From Raja brachyura (lineage: Eukaryota), in NCBI GenBank assembly GCA_963514005.1, contig OY740807.1:31000001-31064000 (forward strand): 64,000 nucleotides of DNA. The letters run 5' to 3'. The translations under genes and the position numbers were made by a program. Every line of letters starts with the position of its first letter. Within the stretch, counting starts at the first letter, position 1. The notes under the pieces were generated by a model. The model ran no database searches. It saw only the letters and a program-made list of their open reading frames with translations, and was not told the origin of the DNA. Shown piece by piece: positions 22,187 through 34,187 of this stretch.

Positions 22187-24201
22187 AGGCCCTGTCTCAC
22201 GGTGCGAGTTGACCCACGAGGTACCCCGTGTGAAAGACTCGTGGTAGTGTACGAGATTTCAAGTTTATGATCAAGTGTTTAACCGAGTTCCCACGGGTAT
22301 GTCATTGCTGCGATGTTCCAACTTACTCTCCCGAGTTAACAAGTTCCTCTCCTGTTACTCTTGAGCCAACCGTGAATGAAGGTAAGTGTGTGAGGGGTGA
22401 GAAATCCATGCCGGGTGCCGGCCGGCCGCAGCCGCTGTTCAGATTGTTGGGAGACGGAGCTCAGGGTTCGCCTCTTGAGCTGCTTTGGTGCCCAGGCGTA
22501 AGTTGAGGTGGAAGGTGGTTGGGGGTGCGGGCTCGTCTTCTGAAGAAGGATCTCGACCCGCTGAATTACTCCAGCAGTGTTAAAGAAGGAACTGCAGATG
22601 CAGCAAAATCGAGCGTACACAAAATTCTGGAGAAACTCAGCGGGTGCAGCAGCATCTATAGAGCGAAGGGATGGGTGACAGGAGGGTCTCGACCTGCTGA
22701 AATTCTCCAGCATTTGGATCTAAACATCACCCATCCCTTCCCTCCAGAGATGCGGCCTGTCCCGCTGAGTTACTCCAGTTTGTTTGTGTCTATCGTTGAA
22801 TGGGTGACGTTTCGGGTCGAGACCCTTCTTCGGACTGAAAATAAAACTTGCCTCGCGTGAAGCGGCTTGTAAATTAAAACATAAAAACAAGAAACGCTAG
22901 ACTCATTTATGTGCTGCTATTCATTTACCTGGCCTGTTGCTGTCCTCCCTCGTCCACCGTGAGCGCTGGACAACTCACTGGCTGCAAAACTCCGCTGCAT
23001 TCCGGGCGGAGGGCGATGATCACCCGACTGACCGGCAAGTAGAGGCGGCGGGTCGGCCAAGCCCGGCTCCCTGCCACCGGGATAGACACCAACTACTGGA
23101 GTAAACTCAGCGGGATCTCTGGAGAAGTCTGAAGTAGGGTCTCGACACGAAATCTCACCCATCCCATCTCTCCAGAGATGCTGCCAGTCCCTCGGAGTTA
23201 CTCCAGCATTGTGTGTGTCTATGGGTTACACAAAAAGCTGGAGAAACTCAGCGGGTGCAGCAGCATCTAAGGAGCGAAGGAGATAGGCGACATTTCTGGC
23301 CGAGACCCTTCTTGTGTGTGTCTATCTTCGGTGCAAACCAGCATCTGCAGTTCCTTCCCAATCCCACACTCTCGGCCCCGGGGGGTGGATGGAGCATCAC
23401 ACGTGGACACAACCCACTCACTGCCCAGACTTGCCCCTCCGGCAGGTCTTTAACTGCGTCCTAAAGCCGTTCGTGTTAAAGAAGGAACTGCAGATGCTGG
23501 AGAATCGAGGGTTACACAAAAAGATGGAGAAACTCAGCGGGTGCAGCAGCATGAAGAAGGTCAGCAGGTCTGAAGAAGGGTCTCGACCCGAAACGTCGCC
23601 TATCTCCTGCGCTCCTTAGATGCTGCTGCACCCGCTGAGTTTCTCCAGCTTTTTGTGTAATCCTACAGCCGTTCATTGAGACGAATACGAAGCCACGGGG
23701 CAGGTGCCTCAGTAATAAAGGACAAGTTGCAGATCATCGCAGAAAGGCCGAAGATAGACACAAAATGCTGGAGTGGGACAGGCCGCATCTCTGGAGAGAA
23801 GGAATGGGTGGCGTTTCGGGTAAGTCTGAAGAAGGGTCTCGACTCCATTCCTTCTCTCCAGAGATGCTGCCTGGTCCACTGAGTTACTCCAGCATTTTGT
23901 GTCTATCTTTGGGTCAGTCTTTACTGGAGCGAACGAACAGATTATGAAACGTTCCCACGGTAGACTTTCGAGTCACTAAGGTAAACGCACGGGCCACTAC
24001 GTTACTACAACGAGTTTAAATGTTTCCATTTTTAACTTGAAGAGTTAATTTGACACGAGTTAACAAGTTTCCCGAGTGCCTGCCGTTAGCGCCACGAGTC
24101 GATAAGTTGCTCGTGCGAGTTCCGACGTTCCCGCTACGTGATCACCACGATTGAAAATTTGGGGTCACTCGTGGGCCAACTCGCACCGTGAGACAGGGGT
24201 T
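22187..24201. mobile_element. 2-kb PIF/Harbinger-like non-autonomous element loaded with PLE pLTR fragments
   Basis: About 34-bp TIRs aggccctgtctcacggtgcgagttgacccacgag / ctcgtgggccaactcgcaccgtgagacaggggtt; TAA TSD at 22184-22186 and 24202-24204. Confidence 0.9.
23566..23601 (+). ncRNA. Minimal type I hammerhead-ribozyme-like motif with intact core
   Basis: aggt-CTGAAGA-a-gggt(ctcg)accc-GAAA-cg-TC-gcct; predicted cleavage after 23597. Confidence 0.6.
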
Positions 24202-24454
24202 TAAGTCAGACAGTCAAGATAATTCTGGAAGAGGGGGAATTGCAGATGTGCCAGAGAGAAAAAAATAGGACAGGAAGAGAGAATAAAAGGCTTCATCACT
24301 TGCACTCATTTGTTCCTTCGGGGCACGAACCAGGATGGTCCTTCAAGCTACACAACAGTGCTACTAGCCCAAGCCCTAAACTTGTATTTGTACAATGCAG
24401 CAAAATACCCAGCCGGTAAATCACAAGCTGTACAGATACAGAGGTCACAGGCAG

Positions 24455-24635
24455 TGATCTCCAGTGATTCTCCCGACCCATTAGCATTTTGTGCCCATCT
24501 TCGGTATAAACGAGCATCTGCAGTTGACAAAGGGTCTCGACCCAAAACGTCACTTATTCCTATTCTCCAGAGATGCTGCCTGACCCGCTAAATTACTCCA
24601 GCATTTTGTGTCTGTCTGCAGTTCCTTCCTACACA
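24455..24635 (+). mobile_element. PLE pLTR fragments (tandem)
   Basis: agggtctcgacccaaaacgtcac...agatgctgcctgacccgct. Confidence 0.7.
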
Positions 24636-24892
24636 GTTGAGCTTGGATATCATGACCCGAACTTGATAATTAATACGTCAAATCATCAATATGAATTTAG
24701 TTCAGGGTGCAACTAATACGCAAACTAAATGTCATCTTAGGAACTGACACCTTACACACTGAACGTGACGGAACAAAAATACATTTCATCTCGGGTAACC
24801 CAGTGTGAGTGTGTGATATATAGCAACAAGATCTCTGATTCAACATCTGCTGGTAGGCGAACTTTGGTGGCCACAGTTGAGAAACTATCGCA

Positions 24893-25055
24893 ACGTTTCA
24901 GAAACATTTAGACGGGCACATGGATAGGACAGGTTTAGAGGGATATGGGCAAAATGCAGGCAGGCGGGAGTAGCGTAGATGGGACATGTTGGATGGTGTG
25001 GGCAAGTTGGGCCGAAGGGCCTGTTTCCATACTGTTGTGACTTTATGACTCTATA
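24893..25055 (+). mobile_element. HER1/CR1-type LINE 3' end
   Basis: catggataggacaggtttagagggatatggg...gggcctgtttccatactg. Confidence 0.85.
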
Positions 25056-25350
25056 ACTCTCTGCGCCACATAGGATGAAGAGGCCAAGCCCCATATTGTC
25101 CCCCACGGTTAGGGGAGTGCAGACACACATGGGTGACAGTTGGCACTGTGTCAAGACAGGTCCCCTCATTCTTATGTGCTTTATCAAATGTAGTTTTGTC
25201 AGTGAAGTTGCAGCTGCTACTTAGATAACACTTAAATCTTGCACAATTATCTCTTTCACTGACCAATTGCCATTTTCTATTAAAACAAAATGGCGCACTG
25301 GATTGGCATCCAACCATCCACCTCGACATTCCCTCCGAATGTTAACGTTC

Positions 25351-25450
25351 CAGTCTGAAGAATGGCTCCGACCCATTACATCGCCCATCCTTACTCTCCA
25401 GAGATGCTGCTTGACCCGCTGAGTTACTCCAGCACTTTGTGCCCATCTTC
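25351..25450 (+). mobile_element. PLE pLTR fragment with decayed hammerhead core
   Basis: cagtctgaagaatggctccgaccc...gagttactccagcactttgtg. Confidence 0.7.
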
Positions 25451-26156
25451 AACCTTCCCTCTACTACTCTGCTTTGCAACACCATGGCCATAGTGTGCCC
25501 CTTCTATAGGATGCACTGCATCGGTCTGCCAGGGCTTTTCAACATCAACTCCTAAAAGCACAATCTTTGCCATCTAAACACACGAGGACATCCGTCCCAT
25601 GGAAACATTTCACTTCCAGGTTTTTCTCAATGTAAAAACGTGCCCGGTGGGTATAATAGCAAAGAGTTTTACCTTGGACTTGTGGCACTGTTGGACATCT
25701 TGAAAGCCTAACTCCCAAACAAAGGATGCAACGAAAAGCAAGTGGTGACATGTTTTCTTCTCTTTTCCCATCCTTTTTTCCCCTCTCTGAAAAGTTGTAG
25801 ACCTGAAATATCAACTCTATTTTTCTTTCCACAGATGCTACCTGATCTGCTGAGAGTTTCCTGGATGAACTTTTTTTTAAATACGGTGAAATTTCCAGAG
25901 CATAAACTCCGTTCCTCTTTGCAAATGTCTGTCACATATAGCTGAGAGCAGGAATGGCCTTAGTTTAATTCCAATCTAAAATATCGCACCGCCAACTGGG
26001 CATTGCTACCTCATTACTGATCAACCCAATGGTCCTTGAGGTGGAGGCACTGTGATGCTTCCTTGAACTGTTCGACTCCACATTATGAAGATGCACCAAG
26101 AGAGCTGTTGAGCAGGGAGTTCGAGGACTTTGCTCAGCAACAATGAAAGAATATGG

Positions 26157-26765
26157 ACGCGATGTAATAAGGATGTAATGCTGAAGCTCTGTAAGACACT
26201 GGTCGGACCGCATTTGAAGTATTGTGAAGTATTGGACCCCATATCTGAGGAAGGATGTGCTGGAGTTTGAGAGGGTCCAGAGGAGGTTTACGAGAATGAT
26301 CTCAGGGATAACTGGGTTAACATATGATGAGCGTTTGACGGCACTGGGCCTGTACTCGCTAGAGATCAGGAGGATGAGGGGGGACCTCATTGAAATTTAC
26401 CGAATAGTGAAAGGCCTGGAGACAGTGGATGTGGAGAACGTGCTTCCACTAGTGGGAGAGTCTAGGACCAGAGGCCATCGCCTCAGAATAAAAGGACGTA
26501 CCTTTAGAATGGAGATGAGGAGGAATTTCTCTGGTCAGCCAGTTGAGAATCGGTGAAGTTCATTGCCACAGAAGGCCGTGGCATCCAAGTCAATGGATAT
26601 CTTTAAGGCGGAGATTGATACGGTCTTGATTAGTACGGGTGCCAAAGTTTATTGGGAGAAGACAGGAGAATGGGGTTAGGATGGAAAGGAAGATCAGCCA
26701 TGATTGAATGGTGGAGTAACTTGATGGGCCGAATGGCCTAATTCTGTTCCAACAACTTATGAATA
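26157..26765 (+). mobile_element. CR1-type LINE 3' fragment
   Basis: Translates YWTPYLRKDVLEFERVQRRFTRMI.G..GLTYDERL..LGLYSLE.RRMRGDLIE; CR1 3' UTR follows. Confidence 0.92.
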
Positions 26766-27584
26766 ATGTTATACGTCGAAGTTGGGATGATGTGCCCCTT
26801 GGAAGTCCATCTTTATTCGCGCGTTATCGAACGTTCTTCTTTTATTTTAAGCACATGAATTGGAGCACCATCAAACCTCTCTGCTCCAGAAAATATAAGG
26901 CCAACCTATAGTTTCTCGCAAATCAGAGCTGTTACCAACCTACCTATTTACGGTTCAGTGTCTAAAACCGAACGTGGTGCCTCTGAATCTGCGCAGTAAT
27001 ATGAGCAATGAAAATATCGCATCCTTATGTTAGATAAAGATGCTGTTATCCTTTTTGATTACTTTGTGTATCCATCCTGTTTGTTTATCTGTGTACATGA
27101 ACAACCAAATAACTCCCTTCACAACTTCAAAGATTCCAGCCTTTCATTGCTAAGAATACACCAACGTCTCTTACAGATCCATAGTGAATATTCCTAAATC
27201 CTCCTTTCAGTTGTAGGTCTGTTAAGAAAGTGCATACCAAACATCCCAGTGTGCAACAGCACTCTAGATGAATCGAATACAACAGCAAATATTTCCCAAC
27301 AGTGCTTCCATAATATTCAAACAATTATGATGTAGAGGCTTCTGACATTTTCCTGGATCAAACTTCTGCTGCAAGCTCAGGAGACCATTACTCAGTAAAA
27401 AAGACAGCAAAGATTAGAGTAGCTTTACCCCGACTGTTGAAAACAAATGCTTCGAATGATTGAACACTTGAAACATTATACATTGCTTATTTGTGACAAT
27501 TTCAGATTACATTTTTTTTTTTTTGACTTCTGGGATTTTCAACATCTATTTGTGTGAATTTACTTATTTGCCCAGAGAATCCAG

Positions 27585-27685
27585 TACTGAAGAGGGGTCT
27601 CGACCCGAAACATCACCAATTCCTTTTCTCCAGCATTTTGTGTCCATCATCGGTGTAAACCAGCAACTGCAGTTCCTTTCTACAG
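27585..27685 (+). mobile_element. PLE pLTR fragment with hammerhead-like core
   Basis: actgaagaggggtctcgacccgaaacatcacc. Confidence 0.7.
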
Positions 27686-27879
27686 CTTTTTTATAAATTG
27701 CCAATCGACCTGCTAGCGAACACTATATATAAATACTTCTGATCTCCTCTAGTGCTTCTGACCAAAGTAATGTGGAATTAAGTTATGTTGCAGAGAGAAA
27801 AGTCAACTTGCCAAGGAGGACTAGAATGAATCTGCAAGTAACAGCCCCACCCAAAGAGAAACAGGCTCATTTCCCCCAC

Positions 27880-28226
27880 ATATGTTCCCGATGTTGGGGG
27901 GAGTCCAGAACCAGGGGCCACAGTTTAAGAATAAGGAGTAAGCCATTTAGAACGGAGATGAGGAAACACTTTCTCACAGAGAGTGGTGAGTCTGTGGAAT
28001 TCTCTGCCACAGAGGGGGGGGGGGGGGGGGGGGGGGGGGATGGAGGCAGGTTCTCTGGATGCTTTCAAGAGAGAGCTACACAGGGCTCTTAGAAATAGCG
28101 GAGTCAGGGGATATGGGGAGAAGGCAGGAATGGGGTACTGATTGGGGATGATCAGCCATGATCACATTGAATGGCGGTGGTGGCTCGAAGGGCCGAATGG
28201 CCTACTCCTGCACCTATTGTCTATTG
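27880..28226 (+). mobile_element. CR1 3' fragment with internal poly-G expansion
   Basis: GESRTRGHSLRIR..PFRTEMRKHF; 3' UTR ending cctgcacctattgtctattg. Confidence 0.9.
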
Positions 28227-28229
28227 AAC

Positions 28230-28512
28230 TCCACACAAACCATCAAGCACCCATCTACACTAATCCTAGACTATTCCATTCTTCCCACATTCCTGTTAAC
28301 TTCTCCCGGATTTGGGGCAATCTACTGCATCCAATGAACCTAGTAACCTGCCAGTCGCTCTTTGGAGTGTGGGAGCAGGACAGAGCATCCAAAGAAAATC
28401 CAGGTGGACAAGAAGATCGTGCAGGCTTTCAGTGGAGGTCAGGGTTGAACCTGGGTCGCTGGGCCCGAGAAGCAGCAACTCTACTAGTTCAGTCACCATA
28501 TCATCCCACTTC
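28230..28512 (-). mobile_element. Degenerate HE1-like SINE
   Basis: tctttggagtgtgggag...ggtcagggttgaacctgggtcgctgg...gcagcaactctac. Confidence 0.65.
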
Positions 28513-28599
28513 CGCTGTTGGAAATCGAATGGAAGCCCGAGGTTGTCAGCAACAGGGTTGAACTCTGCTAATATAATACTGAGAGGCCAAAAAAAAATC

Positions 28600-29445
28600 C
28601 AGCGAGTTTTAAACCGAGGCACTATTTTGGCAGTAGCTCTGTCCAAGAGCGCAAGAAATTGCAGAGAGTTGCGGATGTTGGGCAGCCCATCACACCGACC
28701 AGCCTCCCCACCGTCAACGCAGCCCTGCAGGCACAAGTAACTGCAGATGCTGCTTTACAAAAACAAAAAGACATAAAGTGCTGGAGTAACTCAGCCGGTC
28801 AGGCAGAAGCTCAGAAGAATATGGATAGGGGCAGTTTTGGGCAGGGACTGGAAACATCGTCTGACCATGTTCTCCAGAGATACTGCCTGACCTACTGAGT
28901 TGCTCCAGCACTGTGCGTCAATAATCAAGGATCCTTTTCACCCCGGTTATTCCCTCTTCTCCTCTCTTTTGTTGGGCACAATTTACAAATACCTGAAAGC
29001 ACACTACACCAGATTGAGGAACAGGTTCATCCCCAGAGTTGTCAGACAACTGAACGATTCTCCCAGAAACCAGACGGCAATGTTGATCTTCCAACCTACC
29101 TCATTGTGAACAATGGACTTTTCCTCTGTAACTGTAATGCTACAAGTCTGTAAAACGATATTCTGCACTGTGGTATTTTTCTCTTTGCACGACCTGTTGT
29201 TCGTGTGCATGGCTTGATTGCACTCGCGTAACAACATGTTATGACCGGATAGCACGCAAAAGCTTTTCACTCTATCTTAGTAGACATGATAACGAAAAAC
29301 CACATTATCTTGCACTAAACGTTATTCCCTTTATCGTGCATCTGTACACTGTGGACAGTTCAATTGTAATCATATATAGGCTTTCCACTGACTGGCTAGC
29401 ACGCTAAAAAAAAAATGTTCACTGCATCTGATAACAAACTAATGT
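28600..29445 (+). mobile_element. Rex1/Babar-type LINE 3' end, interrupted by a PLE fold-back (28735-28912)
   Basis: Translates ASIIKDPFHPGYSLFS.LL.G..YK.LKA..TRLRNRF.P.VVRQLN; 3' UTR motifs follow. Confidence 0.8.
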
Positions 29446-30138
29446 AACTAATGGCATCAGCTAATTACTTTAACCAGTTCAATATTGGTGTTAAAATAAC
29501 TGTAGCTGGAAAATCTAGTCTTTGCCGGCACATAAATTATGCCAAACTCCCAGCCGCAGAAAAATCCTCCATGTTCAATGTACAAGCAACTCTCAAATTC
29601 TATTTCCTCTCACTCATTTTTCGGTACCTACATACATAGGGTCCTGTACAAAATTCAGCGTGCCTTGACTGACCTTGTTTTAGTTTTCACTGCATTATTT
29701 TAACCAATCTTTGCCTCCCAATGAGTACGTCCAGATTTTGTCTCTTTCTGCACAGTCCCCAATCTATACAGGTATCTATCCCCGGCTTCTTAATTAGTTC
29801 AGCTCGATCCTTCCCGTGAGAGATTCAAGACTGCACTCTGTACCCAGTGAGATTTGACCAGGTCTCTGCACCGTGGCAAGATAAAGTCCCTCAATCTTCA
29901 TTCGAATCTACTTTCCATAGAACTAACATTGCTTCCTCGACAGCTGTCCAGCATTGATTTGATGGCTGAGCAAACGATCTACTCCAATTCCACATCCCTT
30001 TCATCTCTTATCAGTAGTTTTTCATTAATCCTATAATCCCTCGGTTTATTGCACATCCCTAAGAGCATGACTTTACACTTCGATGCATTAAATAGCAACA
30101 GCCAATTGTGAACCCACTACCCCACCTACTCTGCCATC

Positions 30139-30199
30139 TCTCTCTAGCTCTCTCTCTCTCTCTCTCTCTCTCTCTAGCTCTCTCTCACACACGCACACA
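30139..30199. repeat. (CT)n/(CA)n compound microsatellite
   Basis: Directly visible. Confidence 0.9.
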
Positions 30200-30457
30200 C
30201 AGTTTCTGACCAGTTCGTTCCTGCACCACCTTTATAAACCATCCTGTCATTTTCTGCCAGAGTTGGAAAGATATCTATGGACATTCTCCAAGGAACAAAT
30301 AAGGACCCGATGTGGGGGGGGGGGGGGGGGAGACTGTGAGGGAGGGGGAAGAACAACAGAGGACCCGGCGTTTGGAAACTCTGCTTGCACTGACCAAATA
30401 CAAACAATACTCATGAGTTCCGCGAGGAATGACGAGAACAGAATAAATCTACCAATT

Positions 30458-30747
30458 AGAGAAGGGTCTCGACCCGAAACGTCGCCTATCTCCTTCGCTC
30501 CTTAGATGCTGCTGCACCCGCAGAGTTTCTCCAGCTTTTTGTGTAACCCTAGATTTTTTTTAATACTCTCTCTAAGATGCTGGTGGTTGTAAACAGCTCG
30601 AATGGTGAGTTAAGACTTCCAAAGGAACTTGAGTCTGAAGAAGGGTTTCGGCCCGAAACGTTGCCTATTTTCTTCGCTCCATAGATGCTGCCGCACCCGC
30701 TGAGTTTCTCCAGCACTTTTGTCCACCTTCGATTTTCCAGCATCTGC
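30458..30747 (+). mobile_element. Two tandem PLE pLTR fragments (subfamily B)
   Basis: gaagggtctcgacccgaaacgtcgcctatctcc at 30460 and gagtctgaagaagggtttcggcccgaaacgttgcc at 30631. Confidence 0.8.
30632..30666 (+). ncRNA. Minimal hammerhead-like motif with UUCG-capped helix II
   Basis: CTGAAGA-a-gggt(ttcg)gccc-GAAA-cg-TT. Confidence 0.5.
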
Positions 30748-31446
30748 GGACTCGGTGGCCTGTTTCCGTGTTGTATTTCTAAACTAAACTAAACACTAAA
30801 GAGAAGGAGAACCATGCAAAAACATTGCCTGCAGCTTTGGGTTAACAATTAGGATTGGGTTGAATGCAATCTGACACATTATTTCTTTCTTTTTGAAGAG
30901 AGATGTATTATCAATGTAATTCTATAGCTACAGTTAAGTCCTGAACCGCCAGAAGTCCCCTTGGTCTGGACGTGTGATTGACAACTATGCAGAGCCCAGA
31001 TGAAATTCCTAATTGGCAATCAGGACTTTATGAAGCTCTGAAGTCTTTCCTGGTTTAATTCAAGTAAATTGAACAGATGCCACTGAGCTGAGGACGGGCT
31101 CGGGCAGAAACAGTCAGTGCAGCATTCGAGCACTAATTCCATAACTCTAGCTGCGAGCCGCACTCCCCAGGAACGCGAGAACACCGGTTTGCAAATCTCT
31201 GTTCTTCAACTAATATACCCTGCTGAAGCAAATGGTCATAGAATTAAACTGAAAGCAAAACACAATAACTTTAGTTGAAATTGATATACGATAGATAAAT
31301 AACAGCCTAACCAAGGTAGCAACTGGCATCCCATAGCAATTATGTGAACAAGCAGCTCAGAGAACAGTACTGTTTGGAGAAACACAACCAGGTAAGAGAG
31401 CATTCCATCTGAACAACAATGTTAGAAGAGGATTTATGTGTAAGAC

Positions 31447-31750
31447 TGGCAGTGGTGCAGCGGTAGAGTGGCTGCCTTACAGCGTCAGTGACCCAGGTTC
31501 AATCCTGACTATGGGCCCTGTCTGTATGGACTTTGTATGTTCTCCCTGTGACCTGTGTGGGTTTTCTCCAGGGGCTCCGGTTTCCTCCCACACTCCAAAG
31601 ATGTACAGGTCTGTAGGCCAATTGGCTTTGGTAAAATTGTGAGTTGCCCCGAGTGTTTGTAGGATTGTGTTAGTGTGCGGGGATCGCTGGTCGGCGCGGA
31701 CTCGGTGGGCCGAAGTGCCTGTTTCCGCGCTGTATCTCTCAAACTGAAAA
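31447..31750 (+). mobile_element. HE1/V-SINE-like SINE
   Basis: A/B boxes, central domain, HER1-like tail. Confidence 0.9.
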
Positions 31751-31999
31751 CGAAATGCAGTCACAGAGAGCCCAGGTATCTTTACAAACGACAGGGTCCC
31801 CAACACCAATGCCCGTAGGTGAACACAAAGCCAGCACAGCAGCAGTGGACACTCCAATGTATGGAGACCAGGATTTGTAACCAACAAAAACAAATTAACC
31901 TGGTTGCCTCTTCCTTCGTTCATCGATTCAATCAACGACGAGTTAAAATAGGTCCATTATGTTAGTCAAACTTGGGACATTTCTGACCAAACCTGCGTC

Positions 32000-32500
32000 A
32001 ACTCCCCTTCCCCTTCCCCATTCCCATTCCCATTCCAATACAGACCTTTCTGTCCAAGGGCTCGTTCACTGAAACAAGGATGAGGCCACATGCAAATTGG
32101 AGGAACAGCACCTCATATTTTGCTTGGGCAGCTCATAACTGAGCAGTGTGAACCGTGATTTCTCCAATATCAAGTAACCCCTGCATTCCCTCTCCCACCC
32201 CCCCCCCTTTTAGTCATCCGACTAGTATCCTTGTATCCCTGTGGTATTACCTCATCCCCAGCCAACAATGGGCCATTATGAGCTTCACCCTTCCTTGCTC
32301 ATCCTTGGCCCTGCTTTGCTCTCACCTTTTCTTACCTCCAGGTCCCACCCCTCTACTTTCAGTCTGAAGAAGGGTCCCCACCCGAAACGTCACCCCTCCT
32401 TTTTCTCCAGAAATGTCGTCAGATAGGTCAAGTTACTCCAGCACTTTGTGTCTATCTTCGGTATATAAACCAGCATCCGCAGCAGTTCCTCTCTACATAC
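32000..32500 (+). mobile_element. PLE 3' end: GIY-YIG C-terminus remnant, 3' UTR and hammerhead-bearing pLTR
   Basis: Encodes ..TDLSVQGLVH..EATCKLEEQHLIFCLGS; core agtctgaagaagggtccccacccgaaacgtcacc at 32361-32395. Confidence 0.85.
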
Positions 32501-33067
32501 TTTTATTTGCAACTGTGCAAGAATGCCCATTATTTTTCCAAGAATCAAAGGGATCATTCTGAATTACTTGGCTGTGGAGCTGGCGAAGGTGGCATAACTA
32601 ACTGAAAGGCAAAGTTGCTACAAAGCTATGTTGCTATTTGGCTTAAAAAATCATGTTCGTTAATAAACATCGTACACCAATCCTCCCCAAATTTCGAATT
32701 CATAATGTACCGAGACAAGCTGTGAGGTAGTAAATCTTGTTAACTAAGGTTCACTGCACAGCTGTGAGTAATTAACAGCGGCATATTGTAGAAATGAGTA
32801 ATAAATAAGGAAAGAGCCCATCTGAAGCTTCTGCCAAACAAAATGGAGGCTCCACAGCCCGTCTCATCTACTTGAGCCAAAACCTTCCGGGTTTCCACCT
32901 CTCTCTCAGTCTTCCCATCAAACGGAAATCTTTTAATGTTTCACCAAAGGCAAATTCAAATCTCTGCATATTTGTAGCTCCGTTTTCCATTAAACTGTGT
33001 GCTGAAATCCTAGAACGCGTTTGTCCTAACCTCTCTTCAACAGAACCAGCTTTTTCTTCTCATTTCA

Positions 33068-33372
33068 ACTTTAGTTTCGACTTCAGAGGCACAGGGTGGA
33101 AACGGGTCCTTCGGCCGACCGAGTCCGTGCCGATCAGCAATCACCCCGTACGCTGGCGCCATTCTACACGCTGGGGACAATTTGCAATCCTGCAGAAGCC
33201 AATTAACCTACAAATCCGCAGGTCTTTGGGATGCGGGAGGTCCCGACGAGAACACACGCGCTCAAAGGGAGAATGTGCAAACTTCGTACAGACAGCACCT
33301 GTAGTCAGGATCGAACCCGGGTCCCTGGCGCTGTGAGGCAGCAACTCTACCGCTGCCTCGTTGTGCCGCCCT
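33068..33372 (-). mobile_element. HE1/V-SINE-like SINE
   Basis: ggatcgaacccggg (B-box reverse complement); head ctctaccgctgcc..gtgccgccc. Confidence 0.88.
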
Positions 33373-33477
33373 ACACTCTGTAAGGTCAAGGCAATGAATT
33401 GGTGACCGCGGGAAGTATAGGATTTTGGTGTATGCGCTTTATCATCATTCCTTACAATGCTATGTACGACAGTGATC

Positions 33478-33660
33478 GCAACTTCTACTAAAGTCTAGAT
33501 GGCCGTTGGCTCACTAGAAGCTCATCCGCCCTTGGACAAGTCTTGTTTTTGGTCCTGCTGGGGGTCCACAGCCCCCTCCTCACCTGGAAAACCAGGTGGG
33601 GGAGACGGTTTAGACGCCGATTATCCGACCATGGAGCAGATAGCACGGGATTACATGGAA
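33478..33660. other. Unidentified GC-rich multi-hairpin element
   Basis: Three adjacent hairpins enclosed by a ccgcc / gacgg pairing (see findings). Confidence 0.4.
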
Positions 33661-33804
33661 TTGCCAGGAAAATGTTATGTGCAGTCACTCCCAAGAAACC
33701 ACTACAAACACAGGGAACATGAACACCAAAAAAACATGGGCCAAAGATACAGAAACTCACTGCAGCCCAAACTCTCAAATGTATTGAGTTGACCGATTGA
33801 TTGA

Positions 33805-34187
33805 AAGATGCACATTGAAATGGGCCCTTTGGCCCCTGAAGTCCACACAGGCCAATGGGTCAATGGTGCTTTTATAGTCACATGTGTGAAGTGCTGACAG
33901 TGCAATTCTTTTTCATACAAACAGCCATCGAGCGATCACTAGTTCTATGTTATCCCACTTTCTCGTCCACTCCCGACAGATTAGGGACAATTTCACAGAG
34001 ACCAATTTAACCCCTAACCCGCACGCCTTTGGGATGTGGGAGGAAACCGGAGCACCCAGAGGAAACTCGCGCGATCACAAGGAACACATGCAAACTCCAC
34101 ACGGACAGCAGCTGAGGTCGGGTTTGAACCAGGAGTCTCTGGAGCCATGAGGCAGCAGCTCTACCAGCTGTGCCACCAAGCCGCCCA
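33805..34187 (-). mobile_element. HE1-like SINE (diverged variant with a small insert)
   Basis: tttgggatgtgggaggaaaccggagcaccc...ggcagcagctctaccagctgtgccacc. Confidence 0.8.

Noticed and set aside
22538-23910. CRISPR-like repeat array
   Set aside because: Repeats vary in length and orientation, are dispersed across the whole window, have no regular spacers or cas genes, and the context is eukaryotic
33500-33640. HDV-like or twister ribozyme assignment for the structured element
   Set aside because: Could not place the required pseudoknot pairings or conserved nucleotides by eye; left unclassified
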